Source: Hydrolagus colliei (taxonomy: Eukaryota). Taken from it: a stretch of 64,000 nt of DNA. Position numbers and translations under genes: made by a program. How positions within the stretch are numbered: position 1 is the stretch's first letter; every line of letters starts with the position of its first letter. The stretch is from positions 5,394,001 to 5,458,000 of the forward strand of contig CM068757.1 of assembly GCA_035084275.1 (NCBI GenBank), written 5' to 3'. This document shows positions 24,693-38,277 of this stretch, in pieces. Below the pieces are notes generated by a model, which did not search any database, was not told where the DNA came from, and saw only the letters and a list, made by a program, of their open reading frames with translations.

Positions 24693-26789
24693 AATGGTGT
24701 TTTGTGTGCTTTTTTACTTTGCACACTTGACTTCAACATTTTATTTTTCTCTGCACTGGACTGCATTAATACAGCTAAACATACTAGATTGTGTGCAAAT
24801 GTAATTTTTCAAGTTAACAGCTCAGGAAATCAAATGCCATTTACATGTGAATGCAGCATCGAGCAAGCGGCAAAGAGAGACTTTTAACAAGTGTGTAAAA
24901 TTCTGGGTAACGAGATTATCGCTTTCTTAACGTATTCATATGAGGTGCTTGTACTCTGCCTCTGAGAATACATTTCACCCCTGATTTGATTTGGCTTTAG
25001 TCCATTTCACAGCAGTTACCAGAGGAAATTTAGCAGAGGAGTGCCACTTCTAGAATGGCTGTATTCAAATGGAAATAGCTTTGGTTTCCTGATCTATTAT
25101 CTTACTTGGTAACTACCACCAGTGATTGCTATCACTGCTGTGCTGTTCTTCACGAGTACTGTCAGAGGTCCCAACCATCCATGAATTACCAGAATTATTC
25201 CTGATTTCCTTCAATTGTTCCGCACTCGTGATTAATATCCACCATGATATGGAAACAGAGTTTCGCTCCCAGTGTAAGGTGAGTGCAATTGGGAATACTC
25301 CATCCATACACACAGACAATCAGTAAATACAGGCTTGAGTGCAATATTTGGTTCAGTGGTGGTCAAGTGACCCAGTCGTAGTTTTGGGTATCTAGAAGGT
25401 GCCCAGGAGATGGATGGATTGACTTCTCTCCTGGTTTCCCCTCACTCTGTCTATACTGGATTAGGACAGCCACAACAGTAACTCAAGATGACATCTCAGA
25501 GCAAATTATAGCGATGTAGTTTAACACTGAAGTGGGTTTGGCGGGCAATTGAGGAGAGATGGAGAAGGGAGGTCACCATAAGGTGGTCATAGGTAGGATT
25601 TTAGGTAGCTTTAAAGTAAATAACCACAACAACAACATTTCTAGAGTGCCCTTCCAGTCAAGTGGGGGTGAGATGAAAGCTTATAGGGAGGGAGTTCCAC
25701 CAGGTAAGGGCATGGTGGCCAAAGTTGCTGGTGGGGCAAATAAAAAAGGGGCTTACATTAGGTCCCAGTTTGCAGAAGAATGCGTTTGGAGCAGATCATA
25801 GATAAAGCCTGCATCCTGCCTCACATGTTAAAAGAACAAACTTGATGACTCACCATTCCGCCCATTGCATTTTGTTCCGATTCACACCTCCTGATGATTC
25901 GGATTAAATTCAAATTAAGAGCGTACTAATGATCCACTTTCATCTGCACGGTCCTGATGGAATTTAACTTGTCTTTTTAATCTCCATTGTACTCCACAAA
26001 TACCTTTTGTTCTCAGAAACAAATTGTTTCCTACAGTTTACTGTACACCCACTTTAATTGCTTTTCCATCATTTTGTCTAATGGAAAATAAAGTGTTACA
26101 AGTGTACACTCACCTAGTACACTGGCAGTGCACCAGCTGGCAGTGAGTTTCAGTTACTAGAGCTGTGTTTAAAGTGCAGACATTTTAACACTGGGTGTGT
26201 CAGATCGGAAATTGCAGTAATCCCTGGCCACTGAACAAGGTGGCTGCTGTGCATGTAAAGCAGGGCCGTGTGGCTTTTTTGTGCTTCCCCCACTCATGGT
26301 CTCCATGGTGACCACTGCAAAAGGGGTTTGTTCGACTGTGCTTTCAAAGATGTGTGAAGTTGAGGGAAGTCAAAATGTGACAGCTTCCAGTTTTTATGAT
26401 TCTGCCAAATGGGAAAGTAAATCACACCGGGGCTCCCTGCATAGCGGCCGCTTTACCTCCTTGTGTGCACATCCAGCCACTTATTTTAAAATAAGCTGAC
26501 TTTTGGAAGGCATTAAGACTAAATTCTGATTGATTTAATGCTATGTCTTGTTTCTGCAGTGCAAGAAAATGTAGGCTTGCTTCACACTTCAAAAATAATC
26601 CTTCACTGACCATTTGTGATGGAGAAACTCATTCGAATGTTGGTTTTGCCCATTAATTCATTGAGGATTGTTACTAATATCTGTGTTCTTGGGGGCTCTA
26701 TTTAAATCATTTCCCCCTGAAGTCAAACACTATTCGAATAAATTACTGTAAACCATGAATAATTCAATGGCACTTTTCTTCCTACACTA

Positions 26790-27090
26790 ATCCTTACATT
26801 TGATGCAGGATCATAATAATAATGCTAGCATTTGAAATAGTGCCGTATTGCGACTTAGAAATGTCTAAAAGCGTTTCACAGAATATACTGTAAAGTGAAT
26901 TGACTGCATATTGTGTAGGCATGGTGGAAAAGGAAGGTCTTCAGGCACGATCTGAAGATTGGCAAGCAAGGGGCAAGATGGAGGGTTAGAGGAAAGTGTT
27001 TCAAAGTTTCGGGTTGTGGTGGCTGAAAGCACAGCCGTCAATGATGGAACGGAGAAAACAAAGGACATACAGGAGGCCAGAGCCACATGA
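26790..27090 (-). mobile_element. SINE tail fragments joined to an old L2 fragment
   Basis: Reverse-complement tail aagcgtttcacagaatatactgtaaagtgaattgactg, then ggctgaaagcacagccgtcaatg (L2 IDGCAFS region). Confidence 0.7.
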
Positions 27091-28234
27091 GTGAAACAAA
27101 ATCCTCAAAGTGTCAAAGCATATGAAATCATTAGTGAATCAATTTAAAACAGGTACGTCCCATGGAATTCTTTTGCAGGCAATCGACGAGGAAGTCGATT
27201 TTGACTGTATAAAGGAGAAGAGAGTAAGTAGCAGTAACTTATGACGGGAACCCAAAGCTATTTGCTTACATCAGGATTTTGTCAGCAATGTCTTTGTGTC
27301 CAGTTTACATCCATATTACTACTGTACATCTGTGTTCACTTGTTAAAGCATAATCAGCTTTGCACAATTTTTTTTTACCCATTCAAAGGTCGAATGGCGT
27401 AACACGACACATGAAAGCTGACACTTGTACGTGTCATCTGCATCGAGTTGAAAACTGTACATAATTTGTGTAGGACATGACTTGTACAGGAGATGGTCTA
27501 TTTTATATGCACACTGCATTGATTTGACACAGCTCACACATCAATCCAAGTTAACTCCTTTACAGGCATGGCTTGTCTTATGATGGGTTTAAGCTGTGTT
27601 TGCAACACTATGCACAGTGCCACCATAGTGAGGCAGTGCTCCAATTCCCACTTCTGACTAGAAAATGGCAATGCCTTTGTGACTTCAACTCCTTAGGTGC
27701 CTGGAGCCAGCTTGGTGTGTCCCATACATATCAGGAGATTGAGAACTGTAAGAGGAATTTGGCAACAACAGTACATGAAATGGGAATGTTAAATTTTGTG
27801 ATCAAGTTGTGAACAAAAACAAAAGTTTGGGGTAATTTCCAGCAGGATCATAGAGTCAGAGAATACATATGGAAACAAGCACATTAGATCTGTGCTGGTA
27901 TTTTTTTTCCACATGGACCAATCTGAATCAATTCTCCGACTCGCTCCTAATATCCTTCAAGTTTATTTTTCCTCCACAATTTAATATGAGTTGGCATTGC
28001 CAATGCCCCTTTTGGTAAATAATAATAATAATAATAACCTTTGGGTAAATAACAAACTGTGAAAAACAGAGATAAGGAAAGAAATCCCCCGTGAATAAAA
28101 CACTGGCAAACTGTTCAACACAATGATACTGTCAGAAAGTCTGGTTTAAACAGATGTCCCATTCAGAACAGTAAGGCAACAAGGTCAGAGCTTGTGTTTT
28201 GAGAAGAGTCAAGGTAAAATAGAGCCAACGAGAG

Positions 28235-28314
28235 CTTCAAGCGCCTCTGAGATGCCGTCCGGCATGGAGGGCGCTATCTAAATCGAAGTTGTTGAAGTTG
28301 TTGAAGTTGTTGTT
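28235..28314 (+). mobile_element. L2/SINE-type tail with (GAAGTTGTT)3
   Basis: aagcgcctctgagatg...ggcgctatctaaatcgaagttgttgaagttgttgaagttgttgtt. Confidence 0.65.
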
Positions 28315-31300
28315 CTGTTTGAAAAGAGTTATGGTAAAACAGAAGCAATGAGAAAAAACACATACCTTCCAAAAATGGTGGGGCTCAACTCTCTCTCAAC
28401 ACCATTATTTCAGATTGTAAAGCAAAATATTGAAACTGAAACACACACACCACATACATACTGACTATGTTGTTGGCCCTGCATGTAGAGTCTTTGGCAA
28501 TGTCGGGGATTTCTTCTGTTAGAATTGTGCATTGCCTAGCTGCACGTGATGTGACGCTGACTAGAAAGAGTGAACCAGCATCCAAACGTTGCTGGCGTCT
28601 AGTCACTTGCCCCTGGTTTACTGATAAGAAACACATAGGGAGATAATTTGTGCTATTTCTCAAACACTTTCCCTTAAACATGATCTGAGTTCCATGCAAC
28701 ACTGTTTATTTTCCAGAACATCAATCCCACGTGCTGACAGAAAATCAGATGGGATTCCTTAGAAAGAAATCTATTTAGAAATATCAGAATTTAGACCCCA
28801 TAGCAATCAGAATGGATGAGCAAGAATTCAAGACCTACGCCTGAACCGAATACAATTTTGCTCAGGTCTAGGCCTGTTAAATCTTTTCGTGTTTTTCTCT
28901 CTAATTAAAGGAAACCTTGGAAGTAAGCCAAGTCTTCGCACTGACATTGAGCGAAATGAGGATCAGTAACAGTAACAGATTAGGCCTGGACTTGATCTTC
29001 TCAAGGTTTTCGGTATTGACATCTTCCCCAAATTTATACTTAATGCTTTATGTGGAAGAACTCAGGGCTTTACTCAACAATAAAATCTGACATTAAACAG
29101 CTTTGTGTAATAGGTTTAACATCAGACAGTGAAAATATCCAGAGATGTTGTCCTGTAATGATATACTGAGAAAGTTGCCTTGTTTTGCACGAAAGAGCCA
29201 AAAGAATGTTAAATGGAGCAGAAAATATTCTTAAGAATATTCCAACCTGGGTTTGTAGTCTTTGACATTCACATTAGCAGGACTTTTTAGAAAAGGTTTT
29301 TAAATAGAACTGTGAGGTTTTTGTTTAGTGAGCCGCAGATTAGCCAAAGTTGCCAAAGGTGAAACGAAAGGATGCTTAACCCAGTCGACCACTTTCTCTT
29401 GCTCCACCTGCAACAACCAGCTCGAGTTGAAAACAATAGGGATATATTTAAAACAATTGAGATATATGTTTAGATGTATCTGATTCCATGTCCCAGTCAA
29501 CCTCAATTCACACTGCTTTCAAACCCTCCTCAAGAGCCGTAATACCATTATTTCCATTATAATTTCCACAGTTTCCATCCGGCATTGGAATTATGATCCC
29601 AAAGGGATAACTGAACTGTGTTCAATTTCAAAAACAGCAAAGTCCGCGGACTCCATTCACAAATTCAGGACTGCAATGGCTGGAGGCGTGCCAGTGCTGC
29701 TTTCATGCTGCCTGAGAACAAGGAGAAGCTACTTTGAAAGTTTGACTCAGCCCAGGATACCGCTCGCAATACCTTCATAATACTGCAATAATCTCAAATC
29801 TGCTGTTGTAGGAGTGTACGTTGGCAACAGTTGTGCAGGCTGGTATTGTGAGATCTTTATACACCAGCACAAAACCATTAACACAGGTAATTTTCAAATT
29901 TCAATGGAATATTTAAAATGGGAATTTTAATGAGGTTCGTTTCACATTACCGTGAGATAATGAGGGAATTCATTCATATTTAACACTGAACCAACAGAGT
30001 GTATGGACACAGTCCTTCTTTCAAAGTAGACTGTTGGGGTTCAGTGATATACTCACCCATTCAATTGCAGGTTAGCAGGAAATGGCAAGAAGTGAGTGTT
30101 TTCTTCAGTAGAAAGCAGGATTAGAGATAGCAAAGATGAAAGGAAAAGGGTTCAAATCCCTGGGCACCCTCTATTGGTCTTCTCCAATACACACAAACTC
30201 TCTGTGGTGTTTGCTCAGAAGTAAATGTTATCAACTGGCCATCAATATGAGATGGAAAGGATGTCAACAATCGGTCGTTTTTATACACAAGAACATTTCC
30301 TCAGTGGATGAATGCTGAAAATCTACTTGAGAATTGTTCTCTGTTAGAAATAAATCTGATTTATTTGGAAGCAGCAGGATTTCCCATTAGGTTCTCAATT
30401 CAGTTCAAACGTTATCATTGTTATAATGGATTATCCATTTTGTCAGTGCCCTGTATATTATTCAAGAACAAGGTTAAAGCAGGCTTGAATTACATATTGT
30501 AATATCTGATCAATAGGTAAGTTGTTCAATCCTCCAGCCCTTCTATCCAGTGACTCCTTTGTGAATTGGACAAACGCATTGTCTGCTCTTGGCATAATTG
30601 AGCAACAGTCCATATGGGAACCAAACGCATAGCCATCTGGTTGAGAGTTCAGTTCTGTAACTGCTGAACTACAAGTTTGTTATGGGTGAATTAGTTATAA
30701 TTTGTGGTACAGTTTAACTGCTTGATGAGTGCATCAGAGGCAAGCAAAATGTTCCTATTAAACGTAAAATTTAAGTGTACAGTACTGCTCTCAATTATTA
30801 GCTATATATCATGTAAGTGCCCAGGTACTAAAGTTGTTAACCTGGCCTGAAGAATAAGCTTTCAATGTTAAATAAGCGAGGAAAATGCAATTTGATGACC
30901 TTGAGTGGACTAGGCAATACTGACATGGAAATAACAGATTCCACGTCTGTTTGAATCATCTCACCATCTCACATCAAGTATTTTCTGAAATAGTTAATCC
31001 ATGGTTATATTTAAGGCTAACAACTATTTGAATGTAGGTGCTGTTTGCCACAACTTTGGGATTATTACTTGGTACAGTATTAGCTCCTGGGTGCCAAACC
31101 TTGTAGCTACTTACTGCGGAGTATTGTAAATCATTTGAATTACTGTAATTTCGGTTTACCTTTTGAAGCTATTAAACAGCCAGCTACTCAGATTGTAACA
31201 CAACTCAACTGATGCAGGGTCAGGCGATCCCAAATATCTGAAGGTTTGATGAGACACTGCAACACCCTGTTGACTAGATGTTCAAGTGTGCAGATCAATT

Positions 31301-31481
31301 GGATCTAATTCCTTAACACATGACCGGAGATTATTCATTCGGAAGACTAGTACAAAACTTTTACTTTATGCATGTTTTAAACCCTGATACGATTAAAATA
31401 GGCATGCTTATACAGTGGATAGTTTTCTTTTAGGAACAAACATTATGCGCTCTAGTACATAAATAGTTTGGGACATTCTCC

Positions 31482-31714
31482 ATGAGGCAGCCAGGAAGGT
31501 AGAAGGAGAACTAAATGTACATTGGTCGTATTGCGTCTAGCATTTATATAATATTAATAATAAATGATTAAATTATTATTATGTCTAGCATTTCCTATGT
31601 TCTTATGAGGCCGCCAGGAAGGTAGAAGGCAAACTAGATGGACCTTGGTCTTTTTTCGTCTAGCATGTAAATTATTAAATTATTATTATATCTAGCATTT
31701 CCTATGTTTTTATG
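31482..31714 (+). repeat. tandem duplication (~123 + ~110 bp) of a CR1-like 3' tail
   Basis: atgaggc.gccaggaaggtagaagg..aacta.atg.ac.ttggtc...gtctagcat...tctagcatttcctatgtt.ttatg occurs twice head-to-tail. Confidence 0.9.
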
Positions 31715-32384
31715 GACTGTACAGAAAATGTATCACTTTGCCACTATTCTGATTTACAATGGTGAGCTTAATTTATTTTGCATTTAGAGTTTGACAATGA
31801 ATGGTCCAATGTGAAGTTAAATGACACATGTGCTTTTATCTTGCTTCTTTGTGCTTCTTTTCTATAATTTACCCTTTTGCTCTGATGGGCACAGCAACGA
31901 GAAGCTTTGCATGCCTCTGTTATTAATCAGAGAGCCATAAACAATTTTCAAAGAAAATAAAGATCGTAGTGGCAACATCGGGGCAATATGTAACCACTTG
32001 GGAATGTGATGGCCAGAGTGAAAATTGCAATTGACTTTATAATAAAGTAGGTCTCTAAGGAGATGTGGGATGGAAATGAGAAGGCAGGCAGTGCCTGTGA
32101 TGCAGTCAGTCTTGCTGTCAGTAGCTTTATGGCCTTTTACTGGGCACAAAAGGCCAATCTGAAAGAATATGAATCAGGCATAGAGGCCAGAATGAATTAA
32201 ATAACAGGCACTCGACCTCCATGTTGGACTGTAATAGCTTTTTCCACCTCAGTAACTTTCAGTGTAAACAAAAGAAGGAATTATTTTCAGTGGGTGGATA
32301 ACTATATCTGGTTTTAATTATTTGAGGAATAATTATTTGGCGCAAAAAACTCACTGAGCAAACCGTTGACTTAAAAATAAATGC

Positions 32385-32513
32385 TGGTCGCAATTGGCTG
32401 CCTCGTTTTGCCCACCAATATACAGTCAATTCACTTACAGTATATTCTGTGAAACGCTTTGAGACATCTAGAAGATGTGAAAAGCACTATATCAAATGCA
32501 AGGATTATTATTA
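32385..32513 (+). mobile_element. Deu SINE 3' half
   Basis: gcaattggctgcctcg...atatacagtcaattcacttacagtatattctgtgaaacgctttgagacatctagaag...aaatgcaaggattattatt. Confidence 0.92.
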
Positions 32514-32842
32514 TATGGAAGTTGACCCCACACCTGTGGATGATGTCACCAAGGGGGAGCATATAGATATTGAAAAGTAGGGGGCCAAGGACAGAGCCCT
32601 GGGGGATGCCACAGGTGACAGTGCGGGGGATGGAATTGGTGGCGACAAAGTGGAGAAGGTAAGAAAGGTAAGAGTCGAACCAGGCGTGGGTAGGTCCATG
32701 AAGTTTGAACCAGGAAGAGAGGCAGTGCAGGAGGATGGAATGGTCGACAGTGTCGAAGGCAATAGAGAGGACAAGGAGGACAAGGGATTAGAGAGAACCC
32801 TGAGCACATGTGGTTAAAATGTCATTAGAGACTTTGACCAGG
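32514..32842 (-). pseudogene. L2 reverse-transcriptase fragment (inverted segment)
   Basis: A minus-strand frame not in the ORF track gives AFDTVDHSILL...GIPQGSVLGPLLFNIYMLPLGDII, the non-LTR RT motifs just before YADD. Confidence 0.92.
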
Positions 32843-33246
32843 CTCCCCATCCCCCAGGGGATTCAATTCAAGATATGGTTCTCACACTCGAAGCCCTCCA
32901 TGGTCTCACCCCACCCTATCTCTGCAACCTCCCAACCCCCTACCAACCTGCCTGCCCCCTCCGCCTCTGGCCTCCTCCTTGTCCCCGGATCTACCCGTCC
33001 CATTGGTGGGCGAGCCTTCAGCCACTCTGCCTCTAACCTCTGGAATTCTATCCCGCAGTCCATCTGCCTCACCTGCTCCCTAGCCTCCTTCAAGTCCCGT
33101 CTCAACACCCTCCTCTTCTACAACCCCATCTGTCAACCCACCCTCCCTGACAGTGATCCCAGCTCGGGTCTGAAACATTGACTGTCCGCCACCTTGGGAT
33201 GTCCTCCTGACGTGAAGGCGCTATACAAGTGTAACTTTGTTTTTTG
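32843..33246 (+). mobile_element. L2 LINE 3' end
   Basis: LPIPQGIQFKI...IGGRAFSHSASNLWNSIP...SFKSRLNTLLF, then the tail gggatgtcctcctgacgtgaaggcgctatacaagtg. Confidence 0.92.
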
Positions 33247-36200
33247 TTAAAATTGTGTTTTAAGTCAAGTGAACAGTCCAAAGTTGTTTGTTAACTCATC
33301 TAATGAAATGTATCAATCAGCAGAAATCAATATTTGTATTGGATGATATAAGATGCTGACAAAGACTGCACTGAACATAAAGGTCACTGGACCTTGAGTC
33401 TGTTGCTAATAGTGTTACTAATGTCAAAATTGGAGGAATTTGCAGGATTTAAAGGGGATTAAATGTTAGCATTTGGAACTTAATGCCTACATATAAATAG
33501 CTACATGTTCATTATCTTTTTATATATCTAAAATATAATAGTCACCAAAAAAAGGTTAGTGAAACTGTTCATTATATCAGGGGCTTCGCTGTTGGTTGGA
33601 TGCTATGTTACGCTAACCAATGATGTATAACTCAAAACTGTTCCCAAAATAAGTGAATTCAAATTGTGTTAACTTTATGTTCGTGAATAATAATGTAATT
33701 ATAATTCAGTAACTTCACAACCACAATATTAATATCCTTGTTATGGGAAAATATTTTACTGCAAATCCAGGGCTAATGGTGTCATTACGATAGTGTCACT
33801 ATAATAGTATAATTTGTAATTGCAGGAGTTATGGTGAAGAGCCAAGTTAAAAGAAAATCGGTTTACCATAAATTTGTTTTAGAGTAAACCATTAATTTCT
33901 TGGCGAAAATAGAGAATTCCTTGTCAAAATCTTCTCTAAATTGGAGACTGAACAACAGCAACAAAATTACATTTATAGAGCGCCTTTCACATCGGGAGGA
34001 CTCCAATGAGATATGGGGAAAGTGAGATGAATTATAAAAGGATACTAAAGGCAAAGGAAGATTGATAGATCCGGGGCTGCGATGAATGAGGTCAAAAGGA
34101 TTTTTTCCATCCAAATGTTAAACCTGACATTTGAGTGGAAAAATTGGATGGAATGTTATAAACTGGACCTGATATGGGATTTATGTCATTCAGTGAAGGA
34201 GGAAGCCAATTTGTGAATTGTCAGAACCCGCCAGGATTGTCTGACTGTTTGGGCTGCTATAATTACTGAAACGATTCTTATAATACTCCTGCACAATTTA
34301 GGATCTGATGGCATTTAATCTAGCACTAAGCTGTTGCACAGAGAGCCAATTTTACTGCCAGTAAAAGTTCAGACAGGATAAAATACAACTGAAACGCCGT
34401 TGGAGTTCTGAAGACTGTCTAATCAGGTTAAAATACTTAGGGGCACCTTAAAATATATGTGTCAAAGGAGTTTGGGATTTAAAATGTTCAGTCAGCTAAA
34501 ATCCTGTTTAGCCCAGAGCTGGGTCAGTATAAAGGCTGCAAACTGTGTAAAGGAGCAGGAAGAGTAATCAAAGAAGACAAAATGAGATGGTTGAAATATC
34601 TGTTTCTCATAAATAACCATTAATGAGTTTAATGAGATTACTGAGAGAGACCATCCTGAACATTAAACTCAGGTCAGGAGATTCCTTTACAAATGCCAGG
34701 GCACAAGATCATAATCTAAGATCTGATATTTGGTGATATTTCGTAATGGTTCAGGACAGAAAATTTTAGCAACCTATTCCAAATGCAATATTGAAGGCCG
34801 CAACCGAGTGCAATCACCAACGAAGGAAATAGTTTTTCCGGTCGCTTTAATGAGGAAAATATTTTCTTTGAAAACAAGAACTGAGAGAAATTTTAAAAAA
34901 CTGAGATCAGAAAATGAGATTAGAATCGATCTAACGCTGAAAATATCAGATCTGTTATTACTCAAAGGGAAGCCTGAAAATTCACTGAGCAGTACATAGG
35001 AAAGACTTAAACGTCAGGAATATTATCATTATTATTGTAAGGTAATTCCTTGTCTGTGAAACAAGTCTCCTAAATAGGGTGAAGTATTTTGAGCCAGGAA
35101 TAGAATTAAAGGCCTTTTCAATCGTTAGGAACCCATTTACTGGTGGCATTATCTTATTTCCATTCCGATTTTCTGAATTTTCTGAAACTGCCTGAAAGTG
35201 CCATCATGCACAGATACTATAATTAAATGGATAGATGTGATTCTAGCCCTTTCTTTCATCATCATTGTGCTCCTCGCACTTCCTTCGAGAGCTATTAGTG
35301 CAAAGCCTTCATTGAATATGTCTGGTATTTATTTGGTTAATCAGTGATTTGACTATTAAGAGAGTGGAGGCATACAAGGATATTTCCTTACTCAGCAGTT
35401 GCAGTTATTCTGATATTAAAGGGAGAGGAGTAATGTTGGGGCTCAATTACTGCCCAATGGAAGATAGGATATTGGATATACAGATTCCCACTTGCTTTCA
35501 TTTTGCACTGTAAGGTAATCAGAGGCAGTAACCGTTACCAATAAAGTAGTTAAGAAACAATTAAATTGATAATTAAGGGGCAGAAAAAACAATCCGATTG
35601 CTATTTTATATCATTAGTTTGTGCATTATCCCTTGGAGGTATAAAGGCAGATTTCAACTAAGGCATTATAGGACCTTGACTTAATTCACCAATAATAATT
35701 ACATGGTTCAGACGCATATCTGTAATTGTAAACATTGTCCTTAAAGGGGCACTGTTTTCATGGTAGAAGTGGAGGACAAATCTTTCATTGCCGGGTGAAA
35801 GAGAAGGGCCAAGCATCATTCCGTTGGCTATCTTCAGATGATATGATGTCCATTTTCAATGTATTTCATGTCATTCCATCATGTATTTTGAGTTGAATGT
35901 GGTTTATAAAACATCCTGAATACTTTTTCCTTTAAAGGTACATTTGAAACATTTGCCAGCGTTGCACAGTAGCTGATGAATTCAGGGGATGATATGTGGT
36001 CTCTGTTACCTTCTAGATGCGTGAGAGATCTTGACACACATCTACAGAGAAAGTCTAAAGCCTGGGGATGATGGCAGGGCTGGCCCACAGTGCAGCTTCC
36101 ACGCTCCGACTTCCTCATTAAAATTTCATGTGTAGTATTCAAAGGTGTTTGTTTTTCCATTTAAAAAAAGTAAGTGGCAAAAATGGCCAGTCAGACTCAT

Positions 36201-37194
36201 CAGACACTCGCTTTCTTCCATTCTGTTAGGCATTGGTTATAGCTAGCTTGTAATATTCTATCTGATCATTTATCTTCTCCGTGACTAATTTTGTTAAGAC
36301 CAAGTGAATGTCTTTTGTAATTAAGCAGCCAATGAACCCTATCACTGATGCTTTTGTGAGAGAGCGCAAGTATTCACGTGAGGTGCCTTAAAATACCAGA
36401 TTCGGAAACTGGTTTTGCATCAAAATCCGACTTCTGCGGTGCAAATATTGTGCTGTGAAATTCGCAGAACAATAATTCATTAGTCCTGAGCTGACAAAAA
36501 AGAAACGCAGACACAACAAAACACAGACGCTTTCATGCCGGCATCTTTATGCACTGTCGATTTGTGCATCACCCTTTCTCAAACTTCTCAAGCCCGTTTG
36601 GGAATATCACACGTGTTAAAGACTCCTGGTTAAGTCCCAGGAACAACAATCCACATTGATCAAGAATTCGTTCTAACGAAATCCAGTTTGGTAACAATGG
36701 CGCTAAAGTTAGACAGGATTAAATTGTTGCCAGTACTAATGCTGTCTGATTATTATTTGCAAGTCGGAAATCTTTCCTCAGGATTTCCAATGCCAAATAA
36801 TGGCAATGGTAAATCAATGCAGAACACAGTAAACCTGGATGCAGTGGGGTGATAGATGTGTGGGTATGCTATTCGTGGAAATCTTGGGACAAAGCCAGCA
36901 AGAGATCGAGTTGGGCTGGTTGAGCTATTGATTGCATACACTGAAAAGTGAAAAAACGTTAAGTGTGAAAGCTGTGGAAATGCTATAAAGTGCTTGCAGT
37001 TATTAACATTGGGCTCCAGGAATGAATCTTGCTTGCTAAAGAGTGAGACAGATTGGGTTTCAAATGATTCCAATTTTCTCGTAAAGCAAGGGGATATATA
37101 TTTGAATTTTATGCATTAGTGCAACATGTATTGGGAATATGGAAATAACAAGGAGTAATAATCTTTACGTGGTGAAAAATATATCTTGTGTAGA

Positions 37195-37295
37195 ATAATA
37201 ATAATCCTTGTGCCTTTCACTTCGGAGGACATCTCAAAGTGCTTCACAGGATATCCTGTAAAGTGTAGTGACTGTATTTTGCAGGTGAAAATATG
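37195..37295 (-). mobile_element. SINE tail fragment
   Basis: ataataataatccttg...catctcaaagtgcttcacaggatatcctgtaaagtg. Confidence 0.8.
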
Positions 37296-37771
37296 CAATG
37301 CATGTGGTTTCATGTTTTTTGAAGTAAGCACTAGTCAAATATATAGAGGGGGAAATGTTTAGTTATTTGACATGCGCATTGGTTACCAGATCAAGTCCTG
37401 AAAAAGTAAACATTTTGTAATTTGTTTAAGGTTTATAGTAAAATCTGTTCAAAATTCTAATAGGCCGTGAAAAATACTATTGTCCATATTAAGTAGCATT
37501 ATTAAACATCGTCCAGAACTATGCCAAGCTTCCCTAAAGTAACGACGCAAAATAATTCAAGGAGAACAGTGCTACATTTGGTTAAATATTCTGCAGCCGT
37601 TTATGTGTCTATTTTTTAACTAAATGACAGAAGTGAATTGTATTGCGAGCTGAAAAAGTGTCTCCTTACGGTATGAAGTGTGATCCACTGATGAGAGCTG
37701 ATACCCAATAAAAGTAACATACATTCCTGAGGCATTCAGGATTGTCGTTCACTTCATTAGGGTGGCGATGT

Positions 37772-37796
37772 TGTGTGTGTGTGTGTGAGTGAGTGT
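37772..37796. repeat. (TG)n microsatellite
   Basis: tgtgtgtgtgtgtgtgagtgagtg. Confidence 0.85.
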
Positions 37797-38277
37797 ATGA
37801 GGTGTCTGCTACTGATCGTTCCAAAACAGTTTCGCTCTATTTCATAAAGGGATTACTCATTCTAATTCCAGTAAATACTGCACTCTGCTTTTAAGCTTCT
37901 GTATCCTCTTAGAAACATTAAGGTATTTATGTAAAACTTGTAGCATTTGTTTCATAATCGTCTACTTGCGCAGGTTTAGTCGTAGGACCGACAGACCGCT
38001 TAAATAAAATGCCCAAGGAGTGATTTTAAAGACAATCGTCAGTGTAAGTGTCAGGTATCACAACGGTTGAGTTCCTCAGATGCCCCATAAGCTGAACCGA
38101 CAGAAAAGTGCGGCAGCAATTTTTCCGCGGAGTCAGCTATCAACCTGCGGAACACAATGAAGCTTCTGACCCCAGGCCTGTTTAGGGGAATATTTTCCAA
38201 TTTCCGATACAATCAGTCTGTCACTGAAACGGTCCCTTCACAGCATGGTCCTGGATGCCACAGCACCACTTGCAACA

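Noticed and set aside
31340-31352. miR-7-like ggaagactagt (also miR-26-like tcaagtaattcag at ~39152)
   Set aside because: Only partial matches, with no full mature sequence or hairpin
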